Shown here piece after piece: positions 30,696 to 39,809 of a DNA stretch of 64,000 nucleotides (its first letter is position 1; each line of letters starts with the position of its first letter). The stretch covers positions 266,052 through 330,051 of the forward strand of contig NZ_JAQIJJ010000005.1 of NCBI RefSeq assembly GCF_036946305.1, read 5' to 3'. Origin of the DNA: Sphingomonas adhaesiva. GTDB taxonomy: Bacteria > Pseudomonadota > Alphaproteobacteria > Sphingomonadales > Sphingomonadaceae. Position numbers and translations under genes: made by a program. The notes under the pieces are model-generated. The model was not told the origin of the DNA. It ran no database searches and saw only the letters and a program-made list of their open reading frames with translations.

Positions 30696-32360
30696 TCACG
30701 CCGCCTGCGCCCAACGGGCACGGTCGCGTCCCGCGTTTTTCGCAACGTACAGCGCCCGATCGGCCTCGCGATACAGCCGCGTCCAGTCGCTCTCGTCCTC
30801 CAGATAACCGATGCTGCTGCCCAGCGAGGCGGTGACGCGCAGGTCGAAAGGCATACGCGTGCCGCGGATCGCATCCAGCAGCCGGTCGGGCAGGATCGTG
30901 GTCTGCGATGGCGAGATGACCGCGAACTCCTCGCCGCCCAGCCGCGCGACCAGCGCGTCGGGCGGTGCCGCGGCCTGGAGCGTGCGGGCGAAGTTGCGCA
31001 GCACCTCGTCCCCGCCGTCGTGCCCAAGCGCATCGTTGACCTGGCGGAAATGGTCGATGTCGACCAGGATCAGCAAGCGCGGCGCCATGCTGCCGCTCGC
31101 CAGCACCTCGCGGAGCAGCGCGCGCCGGTTGAGCAATCCGGTCAGCGGGTCGCAATCCGCCAGCCGCAGCGCCAGCGACTCCTTCTCGCGCGCCGCGTCG
31201 CGCTCCTGCGAGATCAGCTTGATGCGCCACGCGATCACCATCGCGCTCGTCACCGCTTCCATCACCATCGCGATCAGCGTGGAATTGTCGACCCAGAAGC
31301 TCCAGCCGATCAACCCCAACGCCTGCCCGATCCTGAGTCCCGCGACCATGACGGGCACGCCCCAGGCGAGCGCAAAGGTGCGAACATACGGCAGGCGTGC
31401 GCGCCACGCGCCCCATATGACGGGCACCGTCAGCGAAAGCCCGGCGGCGAAGCCGAACGTCACCAGCCGATCCAGGATCACCGAATGCCATGGCATGAGC
31501 AGTGCGTAGGTCGCCGAGATCGCCAGCAGATAGGCCATCACCGCATCGGCGACATAGCGCATCCGCCGCGACAGGACGGGAAGGCCGAAGAACGACCGCG
31601 CGAAGGCGATCGCCAAGAAGAGCGTCGTCGCCAGCAGCATCATGTTGAGCAGCAGCCGCTGGTTGTTGTCCATCCGCAGCAGCGGGCCGAGCACGCCCGA
31701 CGTGCTGAGGCCATAGACCATCAGGCACGCCACCATCGCGCAATAGGGCGGCTGGAAGCGCTGGCGCAGCGAGCGCCACAGCGCCAGGTTGGAGATGAGC
31801 AGCGATGCGCACACGCCCGCGAAAGCGGCATAGAGCGCGGCGAGCCCGACCTCGTGCCGCTGCGATTGCGCCGGTGTGGCCAGGTTCGGGCTGAGCAGGA
31901 TGCCGCGCGTGTTGGCTGCTCCCCGGATCTGCCACAGCAATCGCACCGGACGCGCGGCATGCGCGGGAATCGCCACCTCGAACACCGCGCCCAGCTTCAG
32001 GTGGCGCCAGGCGTCGCGATGGTCGAAGGCCACCCGGCGGATCGCGCCATCGGCATATAGAACATGGATCGTGGCCGATTGCTGGTACAGGCTGACCGAG
32101 CGGACCAGCGTCGCCTGCGTCGCCGGCAGCGGCTGCGACAGGACCCAGAAATCGCCCGCGCCCCAGCGCCGCTGCTTCGTGGTGCAATCGAATCCATCGG
32201 GGTGCGCCAGCATGGCGGCGGCGCTTTCGCCGGCGTGTGCCGCGCGGATGCAGGTGGCCAGCGGCATGCCAGCGTTCGCCTGCGCCACGGGCGCCATCAT
32301 CACGAACGCGAGCAACGCCCCCAGCGCCGTCACCAGTCGTGCCGCCATACCCCGAACCAT
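30696..32360 (-). CDS. diguanylate cyclase with 7TM-DISM-type sensor
   Basis: Exported N-terminal domain, 7 TM segments and a C-terminal GGDEF domain (RLGGEEFAV). Confidence 0.9.
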   Translation of the reverse strand: MVRGMAARLVTALGALLAFVMMAPVAQANAGMPLATCIRAAHAGESAAAMLAHPDGFDCTTKQRRWGAGDFWVLSQPLPATQATLVRSVSLYQQSATIHVLYADGAIRRVAFDHRDAWRHLKLGAVFEVAIPAHAARPVRLLWQIRGAANTRGILLSPNLATPAQSQRHEVGLAALYAAFAGVCASLLISNLALWRSLRQRFQPPYCAMVACLMVYGLSTSGVLGPLLRMDNNQRLLLNMMLLATTLFLAIAFARSFFGLPVLSRRMRYVADAVMAYLLAISATYALLMPWHSVILDRLVTFGFAAGLSLTVPVIWGAWRARLPYVRTFALAWGVPVMVAGLRIGQALGLIGWSFWVDNSTLIAMVMEAVTSAMVIAWRIKLISQERDAAREKESLALRLADCDPLTGLLNRRALLREVLASGSMAPRLLILVDIDHFRQVNDALGHDGGDEVLRNFARTLQAAAPPDALVARLGGEEFAVISPSQTTILPDRLLDAIRGTRMPFDLRVTASLGSSIGYLEDESDWTRLYREADRALYVAKNAGRDRARWAQAA

Positions 32361-32505
32361 GACCCGCTGTAGCCCGGCTCCGCAAAGAGAGGGTTAACAC
32401 AAGCAACACCGTCGGCGCTTTGTGCGGTCGTCGATCCCCGCCGCACAAGGAAACGGGCCGGGTGTCGCCACCCGGCCCGTCGCTCCTGTCACGCGATGGC
32501 GTGCG

Positions 32506-34830
32506 TCAGCCGGCCTCGACCGGCGCGGCCTTGCCGCCCTTCTTCTTGCCCGGCTTCTTCGGCGCGGCCGGCTCGATCGCGAAGGCGAGCGCGCCGTCCT
32601 TCATCTTCACCGTCACCTCGCCGCCATGGACCAGCTTGCCGAACAGCAGTTCCTCGGCGAGCGGCTGCTTGATCTTCTCCTGGATCAGCCGGCCCATCGG
32701 GCGCGCACCGTAGAGCTTGTCATAGCCCTTCTCGGTCAGCCACGCCTTCGATTCGTCGTCCAGCTTGATGTGGACGTCGCGGTCGGCGAGTTGCAGCTCC
32801 AGCTGGAGGATGAACTTGTCGACCACACGCGCGACGACCTCCGGCGGCAGATAGCCGAACGGCACGATCGCATCGAGGCGGTTGCGGAACTCCGGCGAGA
32901 ACATCTTCTGCACCGCCTGCTCGTCCTCACCCTCGCGGGTCAGCGCGCCGAAGCCGATCGTCTCGCGCGCCATGTCGGCGGCGCCCGCATTGGTCGTCAT
33001 GATCAGGATGACGTTGCGGAAATCGACCGTCTTGCCGTGCTGGTCGGTCAGACGCCCATTGTCCATCACCTGCAACAGGATGTTGAACAGGTCCGGGTGC
33101 GCCTTCTCGATCTCGTCCAGCAGCAGCACGCAATGCGGGTTCTGGTCGACCGCATCGGTCAGCAGGCCGCCCTGGTCGAACCCGACATAGCCCGGGGGGG
33201 CACCGATCAGCCGGCTGACCGAGTGGCGCTCCATATATTCGGACATGTCGAACCGCTGGAGCGGGATGCCCAGAATCGTCGACAGCTGCTTGGCGACCTC
33301 CGTCTTGCCGACGCCGGTGGGGCCGGTGAACAGATAGTTGCCGATCGGCTTCTCCGGCTCGCGCAATCCGGCGCGCGCCAGCTTGATCGCCGACGCCAGC
33401 TTCTCGATCGCCGCATTCTGCCCGAAGACGACACGCTTCAGGTCGGTTTCCAGCGTTTCCAGCTGCTTCTTGTCGTCGGTCGACACGCTTTTCGGCGGGA
33501 TGCGCGCCATGGTCGCGATGACCTGCTCGATCTCCTTGGTGGTGATCGTCTTCTTGCGCTTGCTGGGCGCCACCAGCATCTGCATCGCGCCCACTTCGTC
33601 GATCACGTCGATCGCCTTGTCGGGCAGCTTGCGGTCGTTGATGTAGCGCGCACTGAGCTCCACCGCCGACTTGATCGCGTCGGGCGTGTACTTGACCGAG
33701 TGATGCTCCTCGAACGCGGAACGCAGGCCGGCCAGGATCTTGATCGTATCCTCGATCGACGGCTCGTTGACGTCGATCTTCTGGAACCGGCGCAACAGCG
33801 CACGATCCTTCTCGAAATGGTTGCGGAATTCCTTGTACGTGGTCGAGCCGATGCAGCGGATCGTGCCCCCCGACAGCGCGGGCTTGAGCAGGTTGGATGC
33901 GTCCATAGCACCACCGCTGGTGGCACCCGCACCGATCACGGTATGGATCTCGTCGATGAAGAGCACCGCATGCGGCAGCTTCTCCAGCTCGTTGACCACT
34001 GCCTTCAGCCGCTCCTCGAAATCGCCGCGATAGCGCGTGCCGGCGAGCAGCGCGCCCATGTCGAGCGAATAGATCACCGCGGGCTTCAGCACGTCGGGCA
34101 CGTCGCCCTCGACGATCTTGCGCGCCAGCCCCTCGGCGATCGCGGTCTTGCCGACACCGGGATCGCCCACGTAAAGCGGGTTGTTCTTGGAGCGGCGGCA
34201 CAGGATCTGGACGGTACGGTCCACCTCCGCCATGCGCCCGATCAGCGGGTCGACCTTGCCGACCTTCGCCTTCTCGTTGAGGTCGACGGTGAACTGCTTC
34301 AGCGCGCTCTCGCCCTTCTTGCCGTCCGTCGGCTTCTCCTTCTTCTCCTCCTCGGCCGCCCCCTTGACCGCGGGCGCCTCCGATGCGGCCGCGCCCTTGC
34401 CGACGCCGTGGCTGATGAAGCTCACCGCATCCAGCCGGCTCATGTCCTGCTGCTGGAGGAAATAGACCGCATAGCTCTCGCGCTCGCTGAACAGCGCGAC
34501 CAGCACGTTGGCGCCGGTCACCTCGTCGCGGCCGGACGACTGGACGTGCAGGATCGCGCGCTGGACCACGCGCTGGAACCCGCTGGTGGGCGAGGGATCG
34601 GTCGCGGCATCGACCTTCAGTGCGCCCAGTTCCGTATCGAGATAATGCGCGACCGTGGTGCGCAGGTCGCCCAGCTCCACCCCGCACGCCGACATCACCT
34701 GGCTGGCATGTTCGTCGTCGATCAGCGCAAGCAGCAGATGTTCGAGCGTGGCATATTCGTGACGGCGCGAGGACGCAGCCTCCAGCGCCTTGTGCAGCGT
34801 GGTCTCCAGAGCGCTGGCGAATGACGGCAT
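32506..34830 (-). CDS. clpA: ATP-dependent Clp protease ATP-binding subunit ClpA
   Basis: Clp N-domain and two AAA+ modules (GDPGVGKTAIAEGLA; GPTGVGKTEVAKQL). Confidence 0.97.
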   Translation of the reverse strand: MPSFASALETTLHKALEAASSRRHEYATLEHLLLALIDDEHASQVMSACGVELGDLRTTVAHYLDTELGALKVDAATDPSPTSGFQRVVQRAILHVQSSGRDEVTGANVLVALFSERESYAVYFLQQQDMSRLDAVSFISHGVGKGAAASEAPAVKGAAEEEKKEKPTDGKKGESALKQFTVDLNEKAKVGKVDPLIGRMAEVDRTVQILCRRSKNNPLYVGDPGVGKTAIAEGLARKIVEGDVPDVLKPAVIYSLDMGALLAGTRYRGDFEERLKAVVNELEKLPHAVLFIDEIHTVIGAGATSGGAMDASNLLKPALSGGTIRCIGSTTYKEFRNHFEKDRALLRRFQKIDVNEPSIEDTIKILAGLRSAFEEHHSVKYTPDAIKSAVELSARYINDRKLPDKAIDVIDEVGAMQMLVAPSKRKKTITTKEIEQVIATMARIPPKSVSTDDKKQLETLETDLKRVVFGQNAAIEKLASAIKLARAGLREPEKPIGNYLFTGPTGVGKTEVAKQLSTILGIPLQRFDMSEYMERHSVSRLIGAPPGYVGFDQGGLLTDAVDQNPHCVLLLDEIEKAHPDLFNILLQVMDNGRLTDQHGKTVDFRNVILIMTTNAGAADMARETIGFGALTREGEDEQAVQKMFSPEFRNRLDAIVPFGYLPPEVVARVVDKFILQLELQLADRDVHIKLDDESKAWLTEKGYDKLYGARPMGRLIQEKIKQPLAEELLFGKLVHGGEVTVKMKDGALAFAIEPAAPKKPGKKKGGKAAPVEAG

Positions 34831-34965
34831 GGGACGTTTACTCCTGGCGGCACGCGTGTCGACACGCGGCCTTTGACCCTATGTCGGGACGGCGGGGCCG
34901 CGCATCAAGCGGGGCGGCGCGAGCCGGCAGGTGGCGTGGAAGGCACCTGTCAGGCACGCCGGCGC

Positions 34966-35163
34966 TCACCGCTTGAATAGCGCGTCGGCGCTTGCGCGAT
35001 GGTTAACGGCGCCTTCGATCTTGGCACGACTGCGGGCAATCTCGCCCTCCAGCGCTGCGATCCGCGCCTCCAGTTCGGCGACCGAGAGCCGATCGAGATC
35101 CTCGCGCAGCAGCGCGGGCAGCGGATCGTCGGGGCGTGGCCCCAGGATATCGTCCAGGTCCAT
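34966..35163 (-). CDS. DUF1192 domain protein
   Basis: 65 aa, LDRLSVAELEARIAALEGEIARSRAKIE. I use the ATG at 35163 inside track ORF 34966..35697. Confidence 0.75.
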   Translation of the reverse strand: MDLDDILGPRPDDPLPALLREDLDRLSVAELEARIAALEGEIARSRAKIEGAVNHRASADALFKR

Positions 35164-35238
35164 GGGCCGCAGCGTTGACCGCCGGGCGAGCGAAGTCAAT
35201 AAGGCCCGCGAACGCCGCTGCGACGAGGTTTCCTGCGT

Positions 35239-36240
35239 ATGACCGACCGCCCTTCGACGATGCTGGCGATCGATCCCGAAGCGCCCGGCGGACCGGAGGT
35301 GCTGGTGCCCGCCGAGCGCCCGGTGCCCGCGCCGGCCGCGGGCGAGGTGCTGGTCCGCGTCGCCGCCGCGGGGGTCAATCGTCCCGACGTGCTCCAGCGG
35401 CTGGGCGGCTACCCGCCGCCGCCGGGTGCGCCCTCCACGCTGGGGCTGGAGTTTGCGGGCGAGGTCGTGGCGCTGGGCGACGACGTCGACGCCGCGCTGC
35501 TGGGGCAGAAGGTATGCGCGCTGGTCGCGGGCGGCGCCTATGCCGAATATGCGGTCGCGCCCGCCGGCCAGTGCCTGCCGGTCCCGGACGCACTGTCGAT
35601 GGTCGAGGCGGCGGCGCTGCCCGAGACGCTGTACACCGTCTGGACCAACCTGTTCGAGCGCGCCTTCGCGGTCGAGGGCGACACGGTGCTGGTCCATGGC
35701 GGCACCAGCGGCATCGGCACGACCGCGATCACGCTAGCCAATCTGTTCGGGCTGGAGATCATCGTCACCGTCGGATCGGACGAGAAGGCGGCGGCGGCGC
35801 TGCGGTTGGGCGCGGATCATGCGATCAACTATCGCACCGAGGATTTCGTCGAGCGGGTGAAGGAGATCACCGGCGGCAAGGGTTGCGCCGCGGTGCTCGA
35901 CATGGTCGGCGGCGATTACGTGCCCCGCAACCTGAAGTGCCTGGCCGAGGACGGCCGACATGTCTCGATCGCGGTACAGGGCGGCGCCACCGCGACGATC
36001 CCGATCTTCGACATCATGCGCCGCCGCCTGACGCTGACCGGCTCCACGCTGCGCGCGCGCGATGCAGGCTTCAAGACGCTGGTGACGGACGAGATCGCGC
36101 GCACCGTCTGGCCGCATGCCGCGTCGGGCAAGCTGAAGCCGGTGATCGACCGCACCTTCCCGCTGGCGCAGGCCGCGGACGCCCACCGCCGGATGGAGGC
36201 GGGCGACCATGTGGGGAAGATCGTGCTGACGATGGCTTGA
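35239..36240 (+). CDS. qor: NAD(P)H:quinone oxidoreductase (MDR superfamily)
   Basis: Contains GVNRPDVLQRLGGYPPPPGAP and VLVHGGTSGIGTTAI. Confidence 0.9.
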   Translation: MTDRPSTMLAIDPEAPGGPEVLVPAERPVPAPAAGEVLVRVAAAGVNRPDVLQRLGGYPPPPGAPSTLGLEFAGEVVALGDDVDAALLGQKVCALVAGGAYAEYAVAPAGQCLPVPDALSMVEAAALPETLYTVWTNLFERAFAVEGDTVLVHGGTSGIGTTAITLANLFGLEIIVTVGSDEKAAAALRLGADHAINYRTEDFVERVKEITGGKGCAAVLDMVGGDYVPRNLKCLAEDGRHVSIAVQGGATATIPIFDIMRRRLTLTGSTLRARDAGFKTLVTDEIARTVWPHAASGKLKPVIDRTFPLAQAADAHRRMEAGDHVGKIVLTMA

Positions 36241-36254
36241 ACCGACCGTTCGCC

Positions 36255-36336
36255 CTGAGGAGAGGCTGAGCTTGTCGAAGCCTCGTCTCGAAGGGTGCTT
36301 CGAGACGGCACTTCGACCGGCTCAGTGCCTCCTCAG
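36255..36336. repeat. R5 nested palindrome
   Basis: Outer arms CTGAGGAGAGGCTGAGC / GCTCAGTGCCTCCTCAG. Inner arms GTCGAAG..CGTCTCGAAG-GGTG-CTTCGAGACG..CTTCGAC. Confidence 0.65.
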
Positions 36337-36350
36337 CACGAACGGGAAAA

Positions 36351-36614
36351 TCAATTGCTGTCGCTGTCTTCCTTCGTCGCGACCAGCACGACCGCGGTCA
36401 GCGCGGCCAGGATGCCGATGCTGATGAGCGTGGTGCCGGGCACCGAGGCACCGATCTTGCTCGACTTCGCCGACGGCGCGGCGGCGCGCGACGACTTGGC
36501 GACCGACAGCGACGCGGCCGGATTGGCGGCCGGCGCGGCGGCGGCGGCGGTGGACAGGACCAGCATCGCGGTGCCCGCGGCGGCGGCGATCGACTTCGTG
36601 AAACGCTGCATCAT
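36351..36614 (-). CDS. small exported/membrane-anchored protein (87 aa)
   Basis: GGGAG Shine-Dalgarno and high GC3. It has a signal peptide, an Ala/Ser-rich middle and a C-terminal hydrophobic helix with an acidic tail (KEDSDSN). Confidence 0.55.
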   Translation of the reverse strand: MMQRFTKSIAAAAGTAMLVLSTAAAAAPAANPAASLSVAKSSRAAAPSAKSSKIGASVPGTTLISIGILAALTAVVLVATKEDSDSN

Positions 36615-36719
36615 CGTAACTCCCTGAGACGTCCGCCCTGTGCGACGGATCGATCGCGCGCGTAAAGCAGCGCGATGTTGCAGCCTCGCGACACGATGAC
36701 GATCCCGCGCGAAGCGTGA

Positions 36720-36781
36720 CCGTCATGCCACAGCCATTCCCGCGACCCGAAACCGTCACGGCCCGGTGATGCCGGTGTCAC
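36720..36781 (+). promoter_or_regulatory. candidate Pho box array
   Basis: Heptamers CCGTCAT (36720), CCGTCAC (36753), CGGTGAT (36764) and GTGTCAC (36775) are spaced at multiples of 11 bp. The array ends 38 nt before the plcP ATG. Confidence 0.3.
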
Positions 36782-36818
36782 ACGAGGCAGGCATAGCGCC
36801 GCATCGAGGGAGGGCGTC

Positions 36819-37706
36819 ATGCGATCCAGCTTCGAACCAACCGTCGGCACCCATCTGGCCGAAGTCACCGACCTGTTCGATTTCGCGGAATCGCGGCCCC
36901 ACCGCCCCGAGGTCGCCACCGGCGAGCGCCAGCGCTATCGCACGATCTGGATCAGCGACGTCCATCTGGGCACGCGGGGTTGCAACGCCGACCTGCTAAT
37001 CGACTTCCTGGATCACGTCGACAGCCGCACCATGTACCTCGTCGGCGACATCATCGACGGCTGGCAGCTGAAGAAGCGCTTCTTCTGGCCCGCCGCGCAC
37101 AACGACGTCATCTGGCGGCTGATGAAGCGCGCGCGCCGCGGCACGAAGATGGTCTATATCCCCGGCAACCACGACGAGATGTTCCGCCAGTTCGCGGGTC
37201 TCGACTTCGGCGGGATCCAGATCCGGCGCAAGGCGATCCACGAAACCGCCGACGGGCGCCGCCTGCTGGTGCTCCACGGCGACGAATTCGACGCGATCAC
37301 GCTGTCGCACCGCTGGCTCGCGCATGTCGGCGACGCCGCCTACAACCTGCTGATGGCGCTCAACCGCTGGGTCAGCGCAATCCGGCGGCGCTTCGGCATG
37401 CCCTATTGGTCGCTCAGCAAGCACGCCAAGGCGAAGGTGAAGAACGCGGTCGCCTTCATCTCCCGCTTCGAGGAAATCGTCGCCGAGGCGGCGGGTGCCC
37501 GCGGGGTCGATGGCGTGGTGTGCGGGCATATCCACACCGCCGAGATCCGCGAGATCGCCGGCGTCGACTATTACAACGACGGCGACTGGGTCGAAGGCTG
37601 CACCGCGCTGGTCGAGCATTTCGACGGGCGGATGGAGATCATCCACTGGGCCGATGAGATCGCGAAGCGCGAGGCGCCGGCGGCCACCCCGGCGCTGGCC
37701 GCGTGA
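36819..37706 (+). CDS. plcP: LpxH-like metallophosphoesterase, probable phospholipase C PlcP
   Basis: Metallophosphoesterase motifs WISDVHLG, VGDIIDGW and GNHDE. GAGGGAGGG lies before the ATG. It overlaps the downstream GT4 gene. Confidence 0.75.
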   Translation: MRSSFEPTVGTHLAEVTDLFDFAESRPHRPEVATGERQRYRTIWISDVHLGTRGCNADLLIDFLDHVDSRTMYLVGDIIDGWQLKKRFFWPAAHNDVIWRLMKRARRGTKMVYIPGNHDEMFRQFAGLDFGGIQIRRKAIHETADGRRLLVLHGDEFDAITLSHRWLAHVGDAAYNLLMALNRWVSAIRRRFGMPYWSLSKHAKAKVKNAVAFISRFEEIVAEAAGARGVDGVVCGHIHTAEIREIAGVDYYNDGDWVEGCTALVEHFDGRMEIIHWADEIAKREAPAATPALAA

Positions 37707-38728
37707 TGCGCGTCGCGATCGTCACCGACGCCTGGGCACCGCAGGTCAACGGCGTCGTCCGCACGCTGGAATCGGTCATCGCGGAGCTGCGCCGCGGCGG
37801 GCACGAGGTGCTGGTGGTGTCGCCCGCGGGCGTGCGCTCGCTCCCCTGCCCTACCTATCCCGAGATCCGGCTGGCGCTGATGACCCCCGCCGCGGTGGGC
37901 CGGCGCATCGCCGCGTTCGGCGCGGAGGCGATCCATATCGCCACCGAGGGGCCGCTGGGGCTGGCCGCGCGGCGCTGGTGCCTGTCGCGCGGCTTGCCCT
38001 TCACCACCGCCTATCACACGCAATTCCCCGATTATGTCGCGGCGCGGACCGGCGCGGATCCGGAATGGATCTGGCGCTACGTCCGTTGGTTCCATGCGCC
38101 TGCCGCGGCGATCCTGGCCTCCACCCCGACGATCGAGCGCACGCTGAACGCGCATGGCCTGCCCCGCGTGCGGCGCTGGGGCCGCGGCGTGGCGCGCGAG
38201 TTCGTGCCCCATGGCGCGCGCGACGCCCGCATGGCGGCGCTGCCCGGCCCCGTCCTGCTCCACGTCGGGCGCGTCGCGGTGGAAAAGAACATCGCCGCCT
38301 TCCTGGCCGCCGATGTGCCGGGGAGGAAGGTGGTGGTGGGCGACGGCCCGGCGCGCGCGGCGCTGGAGCGGCAATACCCGCACGCGATCTTCCTGGGCGC
38401 GCTGTTCGGCGACGACCTGGCCGCCGCCTATCGTGCGGCGGACGTGCTGGTCTTCCCCAGCCGTACCGACACGTTCGGGCTGGTGATGATCGAGGCGCTG
38501 GCGTGCGGTACGCCGGTCGCGGCCTATCCGGTCGCGGGGCCGATCGACGTGCTGACCGCGGGCACGGGGGTGATGGATGCGGACCTGTCCCGTGCCATCA
38601 CCGGCGCGCTGGCACTGGACCGCGCCGATTGCGCCGCCGCGGGCGCGCGCTTCACCTGGGCGGCGAGCGCGCGCCAGTTCCTCGACGCGCTTCATCCGAT
38701 CGACAGCGTACACGCCATCGCCGCGTGA
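37706..38728 (+). CDS. agt: GT4-family glycosyltransferase, probable diacylglycerol glycosyltransferase Agt
   Basis: Starts MRVAIVTDAWAPQVNGVVRT, with the C-terminal EX7E-type region FPSRTDTFGLVMIEALACGTPV. The start overlaps the plcP stop (TGATG). Confidence 0.75.
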   Translation: MRVAIVTDAWAPQVNGVVRTLESVIAELRRGGHEVLVVSPAGVRSLPCPTYPEIRLALMTPAAVGRRIAAFGAEAIHIATEGPLGLAARRWCLSRGLPFTTAYHTQFPDYVAARTGADPEWIWRYVRWFHAPAAAILASTPTIERTLNAHGLPRVRRWGRGVAREFVPHGARDARMAALPGPVLLHVGRVAVEKNIAAFLAADVPGRKVVVGDGPARAALERQYPHAIFLGALFGDDLAAAYRAADVLVFPSRTDTFGLVMIEALACGTPVAAYPVAGPIDVLTAGTGVMDADLSRAITGALALDRADCAAAGARFTWAASARQFLDALHPIDSVHAIAA

Positions 38729-38818
38729 CTTGCCCTGACGGGCGCCAGGCACTAAGTCGGTCGGCGATAGCGGCCGCTCCGGGAAGGGGCGGCCCTTTGC
38801 ATTTATGGAGTTCCCCGC

Positions 38819-39493
38819 ATGAACCAGCCGCTCATGCCCCATGCCACCGCCTCCTGGCTGGTCGACAATACCGCGCTTTCCTTCGAGCAGATCGCCGATT
38901 TCTGCGGGCTGCACATCCTGGAGGTGCAGGCGATCGCCGACGATACCGCCGCCACCAAGCTGACCGGGCGCGACCCCGTCCGCGCGCACGAGGTGACGCA
39001 GGAGGAGATCGACAAGGCGCAGGCCAATCCCGATTACCGCATGAAGATGACCAAGGGGCCGGAGCAGGTGCGCCGGACCAAGGGGCCGCGCTACACGCCG
39101 GTCAGCAAGCGGCAGGACAAGCCCGACGGCATCGCGTGGATCATCCGCAACCACCCGGAGATCTCGGATGGCGCGATCGGCAATCTGATCGGCACCACGC
39201 GCACCACGATCGCGGCGATCCGCGACCGCAGCCACTGGAACATCGGCAACATCACGCCGAAGGATCCGGTGACGCTGGGCCTGACGACGCAGCGCGAACT
39301 GGACGCCGCGGTGGCCAAGGCCGCGAAGGCGGCGGGCATCGAGCAGCAGCAGACCGACACGCGGCTGGACGGCGACCGCGAGGCGCTGATCGCGTCGCTG
39401 CGCGCACAGCGCGACCAGGCGGCGCGCGATGCGGAGAATGGCGTGGAGGGCGAGACGCAGCGCCCGGCGTTCGAGGATCCGTTCCGCCGCTGA
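38819..39493 (+). CDS. DUF1013 protein (TrcR-like cell-cycle regulator family)
   Basis: Reads MPHATASWLVDNTALSFEQIADFCGLHILEVQAIADD ... IGTTRTTIAAIRDRSHWN. Confidence 0.85.
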   Translation: MNQPLMPHATASWLVDNTALSFEQIADFCGLHILEVQAIADDTAATKLTGRDPVRAHEVTQEEIDKAQANPDYRMKMTKGPEQVRRTKGPRYTPVSKRQDKPDGIAWIIRNHPEISDGAIGNLIGTTRTTIAAIRDRSHWNIGNITPKDPVTLGLTTQRELDAAVAKAAKAAGIEQQQTDTRLDGDREALIASLRAQRDQAARDAENGVEGETQRPAFEDPFRR

Positions 39494-39499
39494 GGTTGG

Positions 39500-39645
39500 C
39501 AGCGCTTTACTCCTGCGCCCCGTCATTCCCGCGCAGGCGGGAATCCATACGCGCAGGTGGTGCGGCTCGATCCGCCACGGCAGCGGCAATGGATCCCCGA
39601 CTTCGCGGGGATGACGAAGGGAGGGCGTGAACGGCCCTAGCATCA
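39500..39645. repeat. R2 family element, long form
   Basis: Near-identical to 20702-20845. The core palindrome is 39521-39616. Confidence 0.85.
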
Positions 39646-39659
39646 TCGCCAAGCCCCTC

Positions 39660-39740
39660 GTCACTCCGGCCTTGAGCCGGGGTCCCGCTTCTTCCGCGAC
39701 GTCGATGAAAAGCGGGACCCCGGGTCAAGCCCGGGGTGAC
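39660..39740. repeat. R1 family nested palindrome
   Basis: GTCACTCCGGCCTTGAGCCGGGGTCCCGCTTCTTC ... AGCGGGACCCCGGGTCAAGCCCGGGGTGAC. Very close to copy 2976-3057. Confidence 0.85.
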
Positions 39741-39809
39741 GAAGAGCGCTAAGCCGCTCGCTTCATTTACCGCGTGACGTGTGCCCCCGTCACGCGCTAC
39801 GCCGTTGCC

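Noticed and set aside
32422-34824. 800-aa + strand ORF opposite clpA
   Set aside because: It is a perfect antisense shadow of a very well-supported ClpA ORF. The translation is an R/L/D/Q-rich repeat with no motifs.
36819-37706. LpxH (lipid A biosynthesis) assignment for the metallophosphoesterase
   Set aside because: There are no other lpx genes nearby, and it is translationally coupled to a GT4 glycosyltransferase. That fits the PlcP-Agt lipid-remodelling pair better.
37495-39664. 711-aa (+) and 697-aa (-) ORFs spanning agt, the DUF1013 gene and two repeat elements
   Set aside because: They cross intergenic regions and palindromic repeats without interruption and contradict three motif-supported genes. 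They are shadow frames.
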